A program made the position numbers and the translations under genes. Of a stretch of 64,000 nucleotides of DNA, positions 40,553 to 52,098 are shown one piece after another (position 1 is the stretch's first letter; every line of letters starts with the position of its first letter). Source of the DNA: a bacterium (GTDB taxonomy: Bacteria; Sysuimicrobiota; Sysuimicrobiia; Sysuimicrobiales; Humicultoraceae); contig JAVHLI010000001.1 of NCBI GenBank assembly GCA_031082185.1, forward strand, positions 313,980-377,979, read 5' to 3'. The notes beneath the pieces were generated by a model. The model searched no databases, had not been told where the DNA came from, and was given only the letters and a program-made list of their open reading frames with translations.

Positions 40553-41731
40553 TCACGCGGGCCGCTGCGTGCCCAGGATCGTTACTGTTCCCACCTGCAT
40601 CAGGTCGCCCCAGGCCTGGGCCAGGCCGCGCTCAGGCGTCCCCGGTACCTGGCGTGCTCCTGCTTCGCCGCGCAACTGCCAGAAGAGCTCCGCGACCTTC
40701 ATCAGGCCGGCCGCGGTGATCGGATTGCCTACTCCGAGCAGGCCGCCGGACGGGCAGACCGGCATGGCCCCGTTGCGCGCGGTCACGCCCTGAGCGGTCA
40801 GCTCCGGCGCCTTGCCGCGGTCGGCGAGGAGCAGTCCTTCCAGGTGGTGTAGCTCTTTGTAGTCGAACGGGTCGTAGGGCTCGACGATGTGGATCTCCTT
40901 CCGGGGTTCACGCACTCCGGCCATATCGTACGCCATGCGCGCGGCCCGCTCCACGTACTCCGGGTAGGCCAGGTCGCGGTTGGTCCAGTAGGCGGTGTCG
41001 AGGTTCCAGCCCACTCCCTGCACCCACACTGGCCGGTCGGTGATCCGCTCCGCCACGCCTTCGGCGGCCATGACGATGGCGACCGCTCCATCGCTGACCG
41101 GGCTGACGTCGAGGCGCTGCACCGGCCAGGCCAACACCTCGGAATTCAAGACGTCTTCAACCGTTATGTTGGCTTCACCGAGCATCGCGCACGGGTGGTC
41201 GGCGGCGTTGCGCTTGTTCTTCACGGCGACCTGCGCGATGTCGCGCTTGGAGATGCCGTAGGCCTGCATGTAGCGGTTCATCTCCAGGGCGAAGATCCAC
41301 AGCAGGTTGGGTTCCAGCGGGCGCTCGGTGGTGTGGTCGAAGATGGTCAGGAACGCCGCCTGGGCGTGCGGGTAGAAGCTCGACATCTTCTCCTCGGCGA
41401 CCACCAGCACCACGTCGAACAGGCCGCTGGCGACGTGGTACCAGCCGTGCGGGCCAAGGAACACACCGGTTCCGCCTCCAACGTACGACCGCATCACCGG
41501 CTTGCCCCAGGCCCCGCTCCCGTCAGAGAGGTACTCGCCCTTCATGTGCACGCCGTCGAAGGCGTCGGGCGCGCTGCCGATGCAGACGCCGCCGACGTCG
41601 TTCAGCGTGAGCCCGCAGGAGTCCAGGGCCATCCGGGCGGCGTGCCAGGCCAGTTCTTTCGGCGTTTCCATGGCCCGCCGCACGAACCGGGTCATTCCGG
41701 CGCCTACCACGGCGACGCGTCGCATGCTCAT
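40553..41731 (-). CDS. Thiolase-superfamily protein, SCP-x/Ltp-type (condensing or retro-aldol enzyme)
   Basis: Thiolase N/C domains; trimmed to ATG (MSMRRVAVVGAGMTRF) with GGGAGGG upstream and ATGA overlap. Confidence 0.75.
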   Translation of the reverse strand: MSMRRVAVVGAGMTRFVRRAMETPKELAWHAARMALDSCGLTLNDVGGVCIGSAPDAFDGVHMKGEYLSDGSGAWGKPVMRSYVGGGTGVFLGPHGWYHVASGLFDVVLVVAEEKMSSFYPHAQAAFLTIFDHTTERPLEPNLLWIFALEMNRYMQAYGISKRDIAQVAVKNKRNAADHPCAMLGEANITVEDVLNSEVLAWPVQRLDVSPVSDGAVAIVMAAEGVAERITDRPVWVQGVGWNLDTAYWTNRDLAYPEYVERAARMAYDMAGVREPRKEIHIVEPYDPFDYKELHHLEGLLLADRGKAPELTAQGVTARNGAMPVCPSGGLLGVGNPITAAGLMKVAELFWQLRGEAGARQVPGTPERGLAQAWGDLMQVGTVTILGTQRPA

Positions 41732-42900
41732 GATTCCCTCCCGCCCAACTGGTTGCTCAGCACAGCCACGGCGCCGCCGGTAGTGGGCACCCCGCGCCAG
41801 GACTGAGCGAGCCCGGTGTGGACATCGCCGAGCTGTCGGGAGCCCGCCTGCCCCCGCAGCTGCAGCACCACTTCCAGGACGCGTGCCAGCCCGGAGGCCT
41901 CCAGCAGGTGGCCGACTCCCAGGCTCCCGCCGGATACGTTGACCGGCAGGCATCCGTCCGGGGCAGTCGCGCCTTCCACGGTAAGCGGTCCGGCCCTCCC
42001 TTGGGCGCAGAGCCCCAGTGCCTCCAGGTGCTGGAGTTCCTTGTAAGCGTAGGTGTCGTCCACCTCGGCGAACTGGATCTCTTCCGCCGGGTTACCGATA
42101 CCGGCCATCTTGTACGCCATCGCCGCCGCCCGCTCCGCGTACACTGCCCTGGCCCAGCACCGGCTCTCCAGCGAGGGGCTGTCGTTGGCCCAGCCGATTC
42201 CGCGTATCCAAGCAGGATGGGGCGAGAGGCGCCCGGCGGTCTCGGCGTCTGCCAGGACGATGACGATCGCGCCGTCGGCGTGGTCGCTGATCTCCAGACG
42301 GGCCAGCGGTGAGGCCACTGCTTCGGACGCCAGCACGTCCTCGGTTCGGAGGTCGGCCCCGTACGCGGCGGCAGGGTTGCGCAGCGCGTTGCGCCGGTTC
42401 TTTGTGACCACCGCCGCGCATTGCTCGCGCGTCGCCCCGGACTCGTGCGTGTAGCGGCAGGCCTCCAGCCCGGCCACGGCGAGCGGGTTGGCCGCCAGCG
42501 GCCTGTTGAGGATCGGGTCCAGCGCGTAGGCCGTGATGTGCGGAAGGGTGAGGATGTTGCTGGCCTTGCTGTGTCCTTCCACAACTACGACCCGGAACCG
42601 GCCGGTCAGGATCTGCATCACCGCGGCAGCCAGCCCGTGCAGGCCGTCGCCGGTGATTGTGTGTACGGGTCGCTGCGCCCCGCCGATCTGGTCGGGCACG
42701 TACTCATCGAAGATGCTCGTGCCCTCGTGGAAGTCCTCGGACACGGTCACGAAGCTGTCCACGTCGCGCCGTGGGTTCACGCCGGCATCGGCGTAGGCAC
42801 GGACCGCGGCTTCGTAGATCAACTCCTTGTAGGAGGCCTCGGGTGTGACAGGCCGGAAGCCGGCCCAGCCTACGCCGATGATTGCAACGGGGTGCGTCAT
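41728..42900 (-). CDS. Thiolase-superfamily protein, SCP-x/Ltp-type, paralog
   Basis: MTHPVAIIGVGWAGF thiolase N-terminus; 390 aa. Confidence 0.75.
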   Translation of the reverse strand: MTHPVAIIGVGWAGFRPVTPEASYKELIYEAAVRAYADAGVNPRRDVDSFVTVSEDFHEGTSIFDEYVPDQIGGAQRPVHTITGDGLHGLAAAVMQILTGRFRVVVVEGHSKASNILTLPHITAYALDPILNRPLAANPLAVAGLEACRYTHESGATREQCAAVVTKNRRNALRNPAAAYGADLRTEDVLASEAVASPLARLEISDHADGAIVIVLADAETAGRLSPHPAWIRGIGWANDSPSLESRCWARAVYAERAAAMAYKMAGIGNPAEEIQFAEVDDTYAYKELQHLEALGLCAQGRAGPLTVEGATAPDGCLPVNVSGGSLGVGHLLEASGLARVLEVVLQLRGQAGSRQLGDVHTGLAQSWRGVPTTGGAVAVLSNQLGGRES

Positions 42901-43133
42901 GGAATCCTCCTGACGGACTTGGGGCGGGGGCTCACTCCATGTGGCTTCTTCGCCTGGTGTCGCGGTACCTTCCGTCCGGGAAGTCGGCCCGGGCCGCGGT
43001 CCCCCTCTGTAACCGGCAGGGATAGGATCCTCGTACCAAACGCAGGCACTCTTGCAAATAGTGACGCCATACGCAAGAACAGACTCGTGCGGTGGGGTTA
43101 CTCCCCCCCGCTGAACTCTGATACCATAACCTC

Positions 43134-44378
43134 GTGAGTTCCCCCCGCGACGATGTGGTTGTAACCGGCCTGGGGGCCGTCACCCCCGTAGGTTTGAGCG
43201 CGTCCGCCACATGGCAGGCCCTGTGTGCCGGCCGGTCCGGCGTCGGACGCCTTACGCAGTTCGACGCCTCGGGGCTCCCGGTGCAGATCGCCGCCGAGGT
43301 GAAGGAGTTCGATCCGTCACGGTACGTGGACGGCAAGATGGCCGGCCGCCTGGAACGGTTTGCGCAGTTCGCGCTGGCGGCCGCTACCGAGGCGCTCGCG
43401 GACGCGGGTCTGAACGTGGGGGAGGCCGAGGCGGACCGGATCGGCGTGGTGATGAACACCGGCGGCGGCGGGCTCGGACTGATGGAGCGGGAGAAGGCCG
43501 TGCTGGACTCACGCGGCCCACGCCGCGTGAGTCCGCTGTTCGTCCCGATGATGATGTCCAACATCGCCTCCTGCCAGATCTCGATCTCGCTGGGGCTTCG
43601 CGGTCCGGTCCTCACCTCGACCGCAGCGTGCGCGGCGGGTGTGCTCGCGGTGGTGGACGCGGCCCGGCTGATCCGGGACGGTGAGGCGGACGTTATCATC
43701 GCCGGCGGGTGCGAGTCGGCGCTGACTCCCCTCTCGTTTGCCGCGATGTCGAACATGCGGGCCCTGTCCAGGCGCAACGACGAGCCCGAACGGGCCAGTC
43801 GGCCCTTCGATCTGAACCGGGACGGGTTCGTCTTCGGGGAGGGATCGGTCGCGCTGGTGCTGGAGCGCCGGGACCATGCAGAGGCCCGAGGGGCGCGGAT
43901 CTATGCCGCGGCCATGGGGGGCGCCGTTACCGCCGATGCGTACCACGTCGCCGCGCCCGATCCCGAGGGCCGCGGGGCGGCACGGGCGATGACTCGCGCG
44001 CTGCAGTACGCTGGGCTCTCCCCGGATGACGTGGACTACATCTGCGCTCACGCCACGGCCACCGAGGTTGGCGACGTGGCCGAGGCCCGCGCGATCCGGC
44101 AGGCTCTGGGGCACCGCGCGGACCGCGTCGCGGTCAGCGCTCCGAAGTCCATGGTAGGGCACCTTATGGGCGCAGCCGGCGCTTTAGGCGCGCTTGTTGC
44201 GGTCAAAGCAATCCACGAAGGCGTTGTCCCTCCCACCATCAACCTCGAACGGCAGGATCCGGAGTGCGATCTGGACTGCGTGCCGAACGTGGCCCGGCGC
44301 ATGGAGGTCGGTGTCGCCATGGTCAACGGTTTCGGCTTCGGCGGTCAGAACATCGTCGCCGTATTCGCGCGCGCGTGA
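43134..44378 (+). CDS. fabF: Beta-ketoacyl-[ACP] synthase II
   Basis: VVVTGLGAV N-terminus, active-site Cys region ACAAG, His-His motifs (HATATEVGD, GHLMGAAG), GFGFGG. Confidence 0.85.
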   Translation: MSSPRDDVVVTGLGAVTPVGLSASATWQALCAGRSGVGRLTQFDASGLPVQIAAEVKEFDPSRYVDGKMAGRLERFAQFALAAATEALADAGLNVGEAEADRIGVVMNTGGGGLGLMEREKAVLDSRGPRRVSPLFVPMMMSNIASCQISISLGLRGPVLTSTAACAAGVLAVVDAARLIRDGEADVIIAGGCESALTPLSFAAMSNMRALSRRNDEPERASRPFDLNRDGFVFGEGSVALVLERRDHAEARGARIYAAAMGGAVTADAYHVAAPDPEGRGAARAMTRALQYAGLSPDDVDYICAHATATEVGDVAEARAIRQALGHRADRVAVSAPKSMVGHLMGAAGALGALVAVKAIHEGVVPPTINLERQDPECDLDCVPNVARRMEVGVAMVNGFGFGGQNIVAVFARA

Positions 44379-44383
44379 GCGAG

Positions 44384-44400
44384 CAGCGTGAACAAGCAGC

Positions 44401-44409
<9 letters not shown>
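44384..44409 (+). repeat. Perfect 13-bp tandem duplication AGCGTGAACAAGC x2 at fabF stop / ATPase start
   Basis: Read directly from sequence; the second copy supplies the GTG start of the ATPase. Confidence 0.7.
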
Positions 44410-46551
<2,142 letters not shown>

Positions 46552-46595
46552 TGCGCGGCCAGAAGCGTCTGCACACCGGGATGTCGTAGCCCAGT

Positions 46596-48026
46596 AATCC
46601 TGTCACCCTAATGGCTCTATGAATATGTCACCCCTGGGTTTGGAGCTGCCTACGTCGCGCAGTGGTTATGGTCGCTTGCCGCCAGGGGTGATCCGGCGGC
46701 GGGATGTACCTCTCCCGGGGTGGCTGTTCGCCGTTGCCTGGGAGAGGGGTACTCGGATGCGGCTTGCCCTCAACGAATCGCTCCAGGGGCTGTCCAGAGG
46801 GGTGCTTCTCTGGCGTGAGCGCCTTGGCGGCGAGGCGCTGGCCGCGGTAATACACAGCGAGCGTGCCATCCAGATGTGCGTGGACATCGACGCGGGCTCG
46901 GGCATAGCTGCGTCCACCTGATCCGGGTCGGAGCTGGAGGAGACGGCCGTCGAGTTGGATGGTGTTATCGTTTTGGACGGTGCGCTGGTACTTGAAGCAG
47001 CAGATGCGGTCGAGGTCTCTCTGGGCCGGGGCCGGGCGCCAAGCGGGCTCGGGGTGCGCAGGGGCGTGAGTGAAGCGAGCATTGTAGCGTGGGAGAAAGC
47101 GATCGAGCACGCACTGGGCCTGAGAGAGCGTGCGCGCCTGGGCGAGGCGGAGCTCGATGACCAGGCGATCCTGGAAGGTGCCAAAGAGCCGCTCGATCCG
47201 CCCCTTGGCCTGTGGGGAATGCGCACCGATCCAGCGGATGCCGAGTTCCTGGAGGGCGCGTCCTACCTGGGTGGACGCGGGCCGGCCCTGGAGCTGCTCA
47301 GCCAGGGTGAGTGGGGCGCGGGGATCGCGGTGGAAGATCCCGTGGCGGTCGGTGTAGGCCGCAGTGGGGAGGCCATAGCGCCGGATGATCTGGCGGAGGA
47401 GCAGGAAGTAGCCGTGGGCATCTTCCTCCAGGCGGAAGACGCCGCCGAGGACCTGGCCCGTGGCGTCATCGATGGCGGCGTGGAGCACGAGGCGCGGCCC
47501 GCGATCTTCGAGCCAGGGGTGATGGCTGCCGTCCATCTGGACGAGGAGGCCGGCTTGGGGCATGCGTTCCCGGCGGCTGCGATGGCGTGGGGGACGGCGG
47601 GTACGGGGGCTGCCGATCCCGGCCGCGCGGAGGAGCCGCTGCACGGTCTGGCGGGAAAGCCGGAGGCCCTCGCGCTCCCGGAGCAACTCGGTGAGGTGGT
47701 GATCGTTCACGCCCTCATAGGTGGTACGGGCCAGGGTGAGGATGCGGTCCCTGACGGCCTCCGGGAGGCGCCGCGAGGAGGGGCGGCCGCGGTTGCCATG
47801 GGCGAGGGCAGCGAGGCCCTGCTGGCGCAGGCAGGCCAGCAGCCGTCGGAGAGGTGGCGAAGGGAAAGGCCCAACAGCACAGCGGCCTCCGTAGCCCGTA
47901 GAACGCCGTGCTGAACCCGGGCCAAGACTTGGACACGGTGTTGCTCCTTCTGGGTCAAGATAATCGTCTCCCTAGTCATGCTCCCAGGGTGACAGATTCA
48001 TTGGCCCGTTGGCGGGTGACAAAATC
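46596..48026 (-). mobile_element. Insertion sequence (~1.4 kb) with imperfect ~40-bp terminal inverted repeats; family uncertain (IS481- or ISNCY/IS1202-like)
   Basis: Left end TGTCACCCtaatggctctATGAATATGTCACCCCTGGG vs right end CCCAGGGTGACAGATTCATtggcccgttggcGGGTGACA; encloses rve-type transposase. Confidence 0.7.
46628..47979 (-). pseudogene. DDE/rve-type transposase with N-terminal HTH domains, disrupted by frameshift (apparent 2-bp insertion near 47846-47853)
   Basis: ORF 47707..47979 (MTRETIILTQKEQHRVQVLARVQHGVLRATEAAVLLGLSLRH) continues in another frame as LRRLLACLRQQGLAALAHGNRGRPSS...VNDHHLTELL... (ORF 46628..47710); DDE residues in QMDGS / YTDRHGIF / GRIERLF. Confidence 0.7.
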
Positions 48027-48176
48027 ATTGACCTATTACACGTCTGCACACCGGGATTGACCCCTCGATCCCACCGTGATAGTCTTTCACAAAACAAGCC
48101 GACCGAGCTTCTATTTTCCGGTATTCGCAATCCTCCTGCCCCCTGCTTAGGAATTCAGAGTACGGAGGTGCCTGGA

Positions 48177-48983
48177 ATGCGGGGACTCTATCTCGTTCCT
48201 GGAGAGATAACACGTTGGCGGGGAGGCGCGCAGGAATTGGCGCGCCGGCGCGACGTGGTTCAGCGCGTCGCCGGTCCCACGTGGGCCATAGAGGCCTGGG
48301 ACGTGAAGGGCGGGCCGCTGTCGATAGAGTCCGCGTACGAGGAGTACCTGTCCATACCCGGTTCCGTGGAGCGCCTGGTTGAGGCCGAGCGCGCCGGGTT
48401 CGACGGCGCCATCCTGGGATGCTTCGGGGATCCGGGGATCGACGCGATCCGCGAGATGGTCTCGATACCCGTGATCGGCCCGGGCGAGGCGGCGATGCTG
48501 CTGGCCGCGACGCTGGGACACAGGTTCAGCATCGTGACGGTCCTCCCATCGGTGATACCCTTGCTCGAGCGGCTGGCATGGCAGGTGGGGGTGGACCGTA
48601 AACTTGCCTCGGTGCGCGCGGTCGACATCCCGGTGCTCGAGATCGCCAAGGATCCGGGCAGGACCTTCTCCCGGATGGTCCGTGAGGCCGAGGCGGCGCG
48701 CGACCAGGAGCGGGCGGACGCCATCGTGATGGGCTGCATGACGATGGCCTTCCAGGGCGCGCAGGACGAGATGTCCGAGCGCCTCGGCATCCCAGTCGTC
48801 AACCCCGTGCACGCGGCGACGAAGATGATGCAGATGTTGTGCGAGCTCGGCTTGCGCCACAGCCGCAGGGCCTACCCGGTACCCCCGAAGATCACGAAGC
48901 AGGCCTCGCGTCAGGTCAAACGCCAGGCCAAGCGCAAGGGCGAAGCCAAGGCCACAGGGGTGGTTTCCCGTGGGCCGCGTTAG
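48177..48983 (+). CDS. Asp/Glu/hydantoin racemase-family protein
   Basis: Two catalytic-Cys motifs GCFGDPG and GCMTMA; trimmed from ORF 48009..48983 to ATG (MRGLYLVPGE) after GGAGG; K/R-rich C-terminal tail. Confidence 0.7.
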   Translation: MRGLYLVPGEITRWRGGAQELARRRDVVQRVAGPTWAIEAWDVKGGPLSIESAYEEYLSIPGSVERLVEAERAGFDGAILGCFGDPGIDAIREMVSIPVIGPGEAAMLLAATLGHRFSIVTVLPSVIPLLERLAWQVGVDRKLASVRAVDIPVLEIAKDPGRTFSRMVREAEAARDQERADAIVMGCMTMAFQGAQDEMSERLGIPVVNPVHAATKMMQMLCELGLRHSRRAYPVPPKITKQASRQVKRQAKRKGEAKATGVVSRGPR

Positions 48984-49566
48984 CCATCTGGACGCGCTCG
49001 ACAAGGGCATCATCCGCGCGCTGCAGCGCGACGGGCGCGCCAGCTTCAGCACCATGGCAAGGGCGCTGGGCGTCACCGAGGGAACGGTGCGCAACCGCCT
49101 CTCCCGCCTCCTTGCCGACCGGGTAATCCGGGTGGTGGCCGTGGCCGACCTACTGAAGGTCGGGATGCACGCGGCGGCCATCACCGGCATGAACGTCCAG
49201 CGCAGCAAGATGAGCCGGGCCCTGGCCCGCCTGATGGAGATGCCCGAGGTCCGCTACGTCGCGGTCACCACGGGCACCTTCGACATCATCGTCGAGGTCG
49301 TGCTACCCGATACCGACAGCCTGCACGACTTCCTGGTGGACGGCCTGGCGAGCGTGCCCGGCCTGATCAGGACCGACACCTCAATGATCCTGAAGATCCA
49401 CAAGCAGAGCTACATCTGGCTTCCGGAACCGGCCGGTGTGGCTCCGAGTGACTCCAGCGTGAAATCGAAGCAGCGTCACGCGAAGCAGGGCGAATCTAAG
49501 CAGCGCGAATCTAAGCAGCGCCGGGGCGATTCGAAGCCACGGCGACGCAAGACAAAGGGGGAGTAA
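48970..49566 (+). CDS. Lrp/AsnC-family transcriptional regulator with basic low-complexity C-terminal tail
   Basis: HTH_AsnC (LDALDKGIIRALQRDGRASFSTMARALGVTEGTVRNRL) + RAM domain; tail ...SKQRHAKQGESKQRESKQRRGDSKPRRRKTKGE encoded by near-tandem repeats. Confidence 0.75.
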   Translation: MGRVSHLDALDKGIIRALQRDGRASFSTMARALGVTEGTVRNRLSRLLADRVIRVVAVADLLKVGMHAAAITGMNVQRSKMSRALARLMEMPEVRYVAVTTGTFDIIVEVVLPDTDSLHDFLVDGLASVPGLIRTDTSMILKIHKQSYIWLPEPAGVAPSDSSVKSKQRHAKQGESKQRESKQRRGDSKPRRRKTKGE

Positions 49567-49568
49567 TC

Positions 49569-51149
49569 ATGCGCTTCCGCACCATTGGCATCCTTGTGGT
49601 GGGTCTGGTCCTGGTCGTCGGAGGGCTTCCGCCGGCGAGCGGTGGGCCGGCGTCGGGCGGGGGATCCGTTGTGTTCCCGATCGTTGCCGACCCCACATTC
49701 AACCCGTGGCACCCTCGAGCGTTCGTCGAGTCGGTGTTTCCGAACCGCGTGATCTACAATGGGCTGACGAAGCCTGGCAAGAACCTCCAGCCCGCGCCCG
49801 ACCTAGCGGAGCGCTGGGAGATCTCGTCCGATGGGCTCGTCTGGACGTTTTTCTTGCGCAAGGGCGTCAAGTGGCACGACGGAAGGGACTTCACTTCAGA
49901 GGACGTCAAGTTCACCTACGACATCGTCATGGACCCCAAGCTTGCCGCGTCGGGGTCCGCGAACTTCCGGACGGTGAAGGAGGTCAAGATCGTCGATCCG
50001 CACACGGTGCAGTTCGTGCTCCACAGTCCCGTGGCGAGCTTGGCGGCGTTTGTTGGTACGAACGCCGGCATTATCCCCAAGCACGCCTTCCAGGGGATCG
50101 CCGACCCCTGGACCCACGACGCCTTCAACAAGCGCGCACCGATCGGCACCGGCGCTTTCAAGATGAAGGAGTACGTGCCGGGGGCGTACGTCACGCTGGA
50201 GCGCAACCCCAACTACTTCGCGGGAACGCCGACGCTCGATACGGTCACCTTCAAGGTGTTGCCCGACATCAACGCGCAGGTCGCGCAGCTGCTCTCGGGC
50301 GACCTGACCCTCGTTTTCATCGACAACCCGGCGCTGGTACGTGCGGTCAGGGGCCGGCCGAACATAGACGTCACGACCGTGCCGCAGACCAACTTCTACT
50401 ACCTGGCGCCCAACTTCCAGACCGCGGTGTTCCAGGACCGCCGGGTCAGGCAGGCGATCATGCACTCCTGGGACCGGCCCGCGATGATCAACGGGTTCCT
50501 GCAGGGCTTCGCGCAGCCCGCGACAGGCCCGGTCTCACCTGCGCTGCGGGCGTACTACAACCCGAACGTCAAGACCTACGACTTCGACCGCAGCAGGGCG
50601 CGCGCCCTGCTGGCCGAGGCCGGCTGGCGGCCGGGCCCCGACGGGATGCTCACGAAGGACGGCCAGAGGTTCCGTTTCACCCTGACCTACGCGACCGTGC
50701 AGTACTTCGAGCCGCTGGCGGCGCTGGTGCAGCAGTACCTGAAGGCGGTCGGGATCGACGTCGTTCTCGAAGGCCTGGAGTTCAACCAGTTCATCACGCA
50801 GCGGCTGCTGCCGCGCAAGTTCGAGGCCTTGCTGGGTTGGTGGGTCACACCAGCCGACCCCGACTTCTTCAACTACCTGCACTCCAGCGCTGCCGAAAAG
50901 GGCTTCAACTTGCCGCTCTACAACAACAAGGAAGTCGATGCCCTCCTCGAGGCGGGACGCCAGGCGACCAACGTGCGCGACCGCCAGAAGGCGTACACTA
51001 GGTTCCAGGAGCTCGTGGCCGAGGACCTGCCCTACCTGTACCTCTGGTGGCCGAGCGAGATCCGCGCCGTCAACAAGCGCCTGAGCGGTCTGCCCAACAT
51101 CGGCCTGCGGGACGCCTTCCAGTACACGCACGAGTGGAGGTGGCAGTAG
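49569..51149 (+). CDS. ABC transporter substrate-binding protein, family 5 (peptide/opine/nickel type)
   Basis: Signal peptide and SBP_bac_5 architecture, 526 aa; GGGGGAG upstream. Confidence 0.8.
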   Translation: MRFRTIGILVVGLVLVVGGLPPASGGPASGGGSVVFPIVADPTFNPWHPRAFVESVFPNRVIYNGLTKPGKNLQPAPDLAERWEISSDGLVWTFFLRKGVKWHDGRDFTSEDVKFTYDIVMDPKLAASGSANFRTVKEVKIVDPHTVQFVLHSPVASLAAFVGTNAGIIPKHAFQGIADPWTHDAFNKRAPIGTGAFKMKEYVPGAYVTLERNPNYFAGTPTLDTVTFKVLPDINAQVAQLLSGDLTLVFIDNPALVRAVRGRPNIDVTTVPQTNFYYLAPNFQTAVFQDRRVRQAIMHSWDRPAMINGFLQGFAQPATGPVSPALRAYYNPNVKTYDFDRSRARALLAEAGWRPGPDGMLTKDGQRFRFTLTYATVQYFEPLAALVQQYLKAVGIDVVLEGLEFNQFITQRLLPRKFEALLGWWVTPADPDFFNYLHSSAAEKGFNLPLYNNKEVDALLEAGRQATNVRDRQKAYTRFQELVAEDLPYLYLWWPSEIRAVNKRLSGLPNIGLRDAFQYTHEWRWQ

Positions 51150-51189
51150 CCTGAGCAGGTTCCTGCTGCTGCGCGCGGCCCAGGCGCTG

Positions 51190-52098
51190 GTGGTGCTCTT
51201 CGTCGTCTCCACGCTGACGTTCTTGATGGTCAGCCTGGCCCCTGGCGGGCCGGCCATCATGGCGACGATGGAGACGACCGCGGAGATGCGCGACGCCCAC
51301 CGGCGCCGGCTTGGGCTCGACGAGCACGTGGCGATCCGGTTCGCCAAGTGGACCGCTGCCGCGGTGCGTCTTGAGTTTGGCCGCTCGTTCAACGACGGAC
51401 GCCCTGTCGCCGAGGTTATAGGGGAGAGGCTGCCCAACACCCTGCTCCTCGGCGGCACGGCGCTCCTGCTCTCTGTGCTCGTAGGCATCCCTGCGGGTAT
51501 CGTCTCTGCCACCCGCCGCTACTCGGCAACCGACCACATTGTCACCTTCTTGAGCTTCGTCGGGGTCTCGATCCCCGCGTTCTGGTTTGCGATCCTGCTG
51601 ATCCTTGCGTTCTCAGTGCGTCTCGATTGGCTTCCGGCCTCCGGGATGGCCACCATCGGCGCCTCGTTCTCGCTCGGCGACCGCGTGGCGCACCTGACCC
51701 TGCCGGCGCTGGTGCTGGCGACGGCGACGCTCCCGAATCTGGTCCGATTCATGCGGTCGGCGCTGATCGAGGAGATCGACCAGGACTACGTGCGCACGGC
51801 GCGCGCGAAGGGGCTCGCCAACCGCCGCGTCCTCTCGCACCACGCGATCCGCAACGCCCTCATTCCCGTGATCACGATGCTCGGTGTACTGATCCCGAGG
51901 CTCGTCGGCGGTGCCGTCATTACCGAGACCATCTTCGCCTGGCCCGGCATGGGCCAGCTCGCGGTCTCGTCGGCCGTGGGCCGCGACTACCCGCTCGTCA
52001 TGGGGCTGACGATCGTGGTGGCGATGGTGGTCATCGTCTCCAACCTGATGGTGGACGTCGCCTACGGCTGGCTCGACCCGCGGATCACCTATGGCTAG
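51190..52098 (+). CDS. ABC transporter permease, DppB/OppB-like
   Basis: EAA-loop region and 6 TM; the family N-terminus (LSRFLLLRAAQALVV) lies upstream of the first canonical start, so the true start may be non-canonical. Confidence 0.7.
   Translation: MVLFVVSTLTFLMVSLAPGGPAIMATMETTAEMRDAHRRRLGLDEHVAIRFAKWTAAAVRLEFGRSFNDGRPVAEVIGERLPNTLLLGGTALLLSVLVGIPAGIVSATRRYSATDHIVTFLSFVGVSIPAFWFAILLILAFSVRLDWLPASGMATIGASFSLGDRVAHLTLPALVLATATLPNLVRFMRSALIEEIDQDYVRTARAKGLANRRVLSHHAIRNALIPVITMLGVLIPRLVGGAVITETIFAWPGMGQLAVSSAVGRDYPLVMGLTIVVAMVVIVSNLMVDVAYGWLDPRITYG

Noticed and set aside
42932-43777. 281-aa minus-strand ORF
   Set aside because: Antisense to fabF; Ser/Ala/Arg-rich low complexity.
46619-46921. 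100-aa plus-strand ORF inside the IS element
   Set aside because: Antisense to the transposase C-terminal region; no similarity to IS accessory proteins.
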